64,000 nucleotides of DNA from Octopus vulgaris (Eukaryota). Shown here piece after piece: positions 55,050 through 61,406 of the stretch (position 1 is the first letter of the stretch; every line of letters begins with the position of its first letter). The notes under the pieces are model-generated. The model was not told the origin of the DNA. It did no database searches and saw only the letters and a list, made by a program, of their open reading frames with translations. Position numbers and translations under genes: made by a program. The stretch is from NCBI GenBank assembly GCA_951406725.2, contig OX597839.1, forward strand, positions 14,570,001 to 14,634,000. The letters run 5' to 3'.

Positions 55050-58000
55050 CGACGGGCTTCTTTCAGTTTCCGTCTACCAAATCCATTCACAAGGCTTTGG
55101 TTGGCCCGAGGCTATAGTAGAAGATACTTGCCCAAGGTGCCATGCAGTGGGACTGAACCCGGAACCATGTGGTTCGTAAGCAAGCTACTTACCACACAGC
55201 CACTGTAGCACCTTCTATTAAAAGAGTAAAGATGAACTTTTTTTCACTGTTCCATAACCTTAACCCTTTTGTTAGCAACCCACCTAAGCCTAGCTCTTGT
55301 TTTAAGATACACACATCTTGTTTTAAAGTGATCTAAATTAAAATTTTCCATAAGAATTTATGTTCTAAACACCAGCTTAATAATGACAAAATCATTTTAA
55401 TAAATTCTTTATTATTTTCAAAATTTATTAAAACAAAGCCAGTGTAATTTAACAAAGATATGGTAACAAAAGAGTTAATTATTCAAACTATCAATATTCT
55501 ACAGTGTAGAAGGCCTTTCTTGTTAACAATTCAACTTTTTTAATAGCCAAGAATTTATAATGTTTAATTCTGTACTGAGATGGGGAAAAAAAATAGATAA
55601 CAATTAGCAACATCTTGTAGATATGGAAATATGCTATGTCAAAGACAATTATACTTTAATTATTATTTCTGCATTTTGTAATACAATTAGTGAATATTAG
55701 TCTCAATAGTTATAGTTCTCCAGTGAGCCAATCACTGTTTCACAACATTCCAGGCAGTGAGAGTACCAAGGAAGAGTTCGTAACTTGATGCAAAACAAAT
55801 ATCTCAAACATATATATCTATTTTAAACTGAGATATCAGTATAAATTAATATGCAAATTTATTTAGATATGTAACAGTGATAACAAGGGAGTTAGTTGTT
55901 ACTAACTTTGGATGTCATGTAGATTTGATAAAACTGACACTCCATGTCACAGATCAAACTATTTCAGGACAAGACTGAAATAGTATTAAATTAATATGTA
56001 TTCAACGAGAAAAGGAAATGTATAATGAAGGTAATTAATATAAAAAGAAAACGAACTAGAAAGTCAATAAAAACTAGCGCTAAGAAATGAATCAACTTAC
56101 AATACATTCTCCTGTAACTGGATCGCAGTCATTGGAAAAGCCATTACAGTTGCAAGGAACACAGCTACCATATTTACCCTGGTTGGTCTTGTAGTATCCT
56201 TTAGAACATCTCTGAAATAGAAGAAAATTGATACTGATATCAGAAATAGTACTAGTAACAACCATACTGATAATGGTAGAGGTAGTGATGATATTAATAA
56301 TGGTAGCAGTCATAATGATAATAGTTATAGGGGTGGCAGTAATAGTATTAGTAACAGTACAAGTAACAAGCATGTTACTTTGGTTCCATATATTTCCATC
56401 ACAAACACAACCAATTCTCTCAATTTCTTTGATTCCAAGCTGCTTGAGATCACCTCCAGTTTCATGACGTAAATCGTCCCTTTTGAAATGTACCCATGTT
56501 TAAGTTCGAGCTGTACATCTTGTTTCCCTCATCTTTGGACTCAGCAAAACATCCAGGATGTGACAGCTGGAGAGGTAGAGGACTGCACCAGCCGACAATT
56601 ATTTTAGTTAAGCAGACTGGAGCAATATGAAATGAAATGCAACAACCCAAGGATGCAACCAGAGAGTGAACCCATGGTCTCATGATTGTGAATCCAACAT
56701 TTTAACCACTAAGTGATATGCCCCACCAACTAATGAAGTGACTAGTTATTTTACTAAATTCTTGATTTTTATTACTGAAATATGGTGTGCTGAATATAAT
56801 AATTATCATTTTCATAAAAGTATTTAAGTGAAAGCATACTATATATATAAATGGCAGAGGGAAATTATGTAGAGTCATAAGAATAAAATTTATATAATTA
56901 TAAATAGTGCAGTAAACATGCGATATTGAAAAGAGTGTAGAAACACAACATGGCAAACATAGTGTGTTGTAAAGTAAGTTTGATTTTTTCATATATTTTA
57001 AACCATTTCAATGTTATTTAAATTAACATGAAAAATATTTCTGTCATAGTGTTTTATGGTTGTTTTATGGCAATATTCTTCCTCTACAACTTTTGTTTGT
57101 TGTTTTTGATTTATTACCTCCTTTCAGAAATATGAAGATGGAGTGTCAAATAGAAAAAGAAAATGAACAAATTATCTGACAACCCAATATATCTTTACCA
57201 TTGGTAGTTTACTGTTAGATAGCTGAGACAAGCAGTGTAACTTAGAAATTTCTTTCTGAAGAAGAAACCACATGCAATGGTAGTGGCAAGGTTTGAAATG
57301 ATAATCTCTTGATCAAAAATCTAGCTGTTACAGTTACAAAGTGCTTTTAATTCACCTGACTTAACACCGCCACATGACCCTTGGGTGACTTTAGCAGACT
57401 CCACTCTGTTACAAGCAATCAAGCTAGGATTCTGGAGTGAAAATAACTTTTTTTCTCACCAGTCATTAGAGGCTGTGAAAAAGATCATAATCATGCCTAT
57501 TTCCCCCACTGAATTAAGCCATAAAAAAACCTCAATTAAAAGTCAAAAGTAGTTAAATAAAATGATAATCTAGATTACCTCACAAGAATGGCCATCATAA
57601 CCAGTTGGGCAATTACATTCCTCCACAAACACAGCTCGGTCTCCATTACCTTGTTCTCGTGCCATGTGCATTACAATGCCACTTATACTGAAAATATAAA
57701 TTATATATTACTATATTATGGCAGATTTAACCACAAAGAACACCAACAATAAAAACAGAAACTTGTATAAAAGGTCAAACAGGAAACTTCTATACCAGTG
57801 TTAGACATTATCCCCAATTATTCCCAATTATGTTGTTTTTAAGAATCTTCACCAAAATAATTGGTTTACTTTCTTATTTCTTTATTGCCCACAAGGGGCT
57901 AAACATAGAGGGGACAAACAAGGACAGACAAAGAGTTTAAGTCAATTACATCGACCCCAGTGCGTAATTGGTACTTAATTTATTGACGCCCAAAAGGATG

Positions 58001-61000
58001 AAAAGCAAAGTAGACTTGGGCGGAATTTGAACTTAGAACATAACAGCAGACGAAATACCGCTAAGCATTTTGTCGGGCATGCTAACGTTTCTGCCAGCTC
58101 GCCGTCTTAGTTTTGGCTTACTTTCTGTTAATATAAAGTAGCAGAGAGTGAAAGAGAAATAAACAGTCTTACTGAAGAAATACCAGTCTAAAGTAAGAAA
58201 TATTTTCTCTTGATCAGATAACATAAAATAAAGCTTCTTGCATTCAAACATATCATATTAAATACAGATATATTATCTCCTTTAAAGCATCCCTATTGTC
58301 CTCTAGTGTCAACCACACAGCATTTCTCGAAATCTGACTTCATCACTTTTTCACAAATGATATTATTTTTGACCAATATTCAAATATAATGAAATGAAGT
58401 GCAGTAATCCACTTACAGAGCTCAACCAAAAATATTAAATAAATAGACAGAAGCTTCGATCAACAGGTACTTACCGGACTTGTGTTTGGCCGCTGTCAAT
58501 TGTTGCTTTCACAAAGATGCTAGTCAGGTTGGACAAAACCTCCAGGAATTCTTCACGAGTAACAGCATCTGATGCAAAAGAACCAGAACCAGTTCCTGGG
58601 TCTTTTCTCCAGGAGCTCTGTTAGAAAAGATATAAAATACAAATTTTATATATATATATATAGAGTGAGAGAGAGAGAGAGAGACAGACAGACAGAGAGG
58701 AGAGTCAGAATTTTGGATAATTCTTCCTTAGCACTTTCATTCATTCATTGAACTCATCAAGACAAAGCCAAAATTTTGGTTGCCTTGACAAGTTCAAAAA
58801 ACAAATGACAGTGCTAATATATGTCCATACATGTATGCATATGTGGACATATATATGAACACTGTAGAAAGCAATTTATAACACTACTTTCTCTAAAATT
58901 CAGCGAGAAATCTTACAATCTCATGCAGTCTTGATTCTGCAATGATCTTTTACATTTTTTTTCCTGGACAATAAGTAGAATGGGAAATCTTTTCTTGAAA
59001 TACAGTTAGCAATGGAAAGGGCATTTCACTGCAAAACAATGCTTTAATAATATGCATTTGCCTAATGTGTGCTATCATGGAAAAATTAGCATAAAACAAA
59101 GGAATAACACACATACACACACACATATCAGTATTTGTAACATATGCAGATACGCATAGATCAAACATAGAGCAACTACAAACAAACTGGAAAAGAACTC
59201 AATTCCAAGGAAGTATAAATAATTAATATGTTGTATTCCCATATGGAAGTTTCATAACCTTCAAATATTTTTCAGGCTACAATGTAGATATTAACACTGT
59301 TATCTTTCACAATTGATATATCAGAAACAATATATATGAGAGAGAGAGAGAGAGTGTGTGTGTGTGTGTGTATGAGTGTGTGAGAGAGAGAGTGAGAGTG
59401 TGTGTGTGTATTATGTACATATAAATATTGATAATTTGCCCTGTGTACTTATATATGTATGTAGAAAGCAGAATACAAACCTCAAGCATTGGTACTCTGA
59501 TTGAGTTTTCACGACCTGGGTTGAGATTCTTTGAAACTCTGTAGAAAATTGTCAAGCCACTACCCTATAATTATAAAATATAAGATGAAGGTATTTTGGA
59601 TTACCTTAAAAACAAAAAGATATGACAAGAAGAATATTTAACGAAAATAATAATAATAAATGTCTACTTGAGTATTTTCTTGTATATAAATATCATTGTA
59701 CATCAATATATATATCCTTTTCAGCTCTAGACACAAGGCCCAAAATATTGGGGGAGGGGGCTAGTAAAATAAATAGACCCCAATACACAACTGGTAATTA
59801 ATTTATTGACCCCGAAAGGATGAAAGGCAAAGCCAACCGTAGCAGAATTTGAACTCAGAATGGAAAGACAGATGAAATACTGTTAAGCATTTCGCTAACG
59901 CTTCTGTCAGCTCACCACCTTGTACATCAATGCATATCAATATAGTTTTTCTTGTCACTAATATGGCAAGTATGATGAAAGTTATAAGACAAACATTCAC
60001 CAAGTTATCACCCATATTTGCCATTCATTGAGCTAATCTTTTCTTATCCTTACTGCACAAGCAGTTCTCATTATCAAATTCCCTCATCGCACTCTCTTAT
60101 ATGAAGTATAATGGATCCAACTTGGTTGTTATTTTCCATGTTGATGGTATCTGTAGAAAATTTTCCTGCATGATTATGATCATTTTCCATGTTTACTGAA
60201 GTATATTAATTTACTGAAGTATATTAATTTCAGAAAGGGTCGTGGAGAATTTCATATAGGTACTGGGGACAAAGGAAGTGACTGGTAGTGAAGCAAATAG
60301 GTACATCTTTTATTTGCCCTAATTTTCAAAAATATTTTCAATTTTTATCCTGTATGCAAATCATTTGGTAATATTTGTGATCGAAATATTGTTTCAACAT
60401 TCCATATAACATTACTAATGAAATGACACATAAAAATGCACCAACCAATTGTGGCCATTGCCAGCCTCCTGGCTTTCCAGAGCCCAGTTGAACCGTCCAA
60501 CCCATGCTAGCATGGAAAACAGACGTATGATGATGATGATGATGATGACTATTGTTACTTAATGCTGGATAAGCTTTGGTGACTGCTCCTATTGGATTGT
60601 TGATTTTGATGAATGACTGTCCAGTCATGTGGGTGATCTGCTCTTTGAATTGGAATGCAAAGTAGCTGAGAAGCCACCGACATGTACCCTTAATGTATTT
60701 CTAAGATAGTATCAACATGACACAAATATAACAAGGCTGGACCTTTGAGTTACCGGTACAATTCATCTGACAGGCTTCTGTATAGTTTCCAACAATCTAA
60801 GTCCATTCATAAGGCTTGAGCCAACCCTAGGGTATGGTAAAGGCATTTATCCAAGATGCCGTGCAGCAGGATCAGGGTTATGAAATGAAACTTTTAACCA
60901 ATCAATCTAACTTGCTTCGACAAAATGTTAAAAATACTCAACAAAAGAAAAGACTTATGAAATTTACCATTAAGATAATATCTGGTTCTTCAATTCTAGA

Positions 61001-61304
61001 TGGGGCTCCATTTCTGTCAAAATACATCTTGTATTGTAAATCACCACCATAACTGGTCAACTGTAAATAAAAAAAAATAATCAATTAATTTAATTAAATA
61101 TATTAAGATTGAAAAAAAATATATAATACAGAAAAGGTATCGTTATTTTTGCACAATATTAATCTTATTTTGCATTATCTTAGAAACATGTTTACACTTT
61201 TGAAGAAGTCTTTATCTTTGAGAAAATTTGTCAGTGAATAGTTATTTAATTGAAAACAGAAAGTGGCATTTCCATTATTATTAATATTACAACAACAACA
61301 ACAA

Positions 61305-61339
<35 letters not shown>

Positions 61340-61344
61340 ACAGC

Positions 61345-61406
<62 letters not shown>
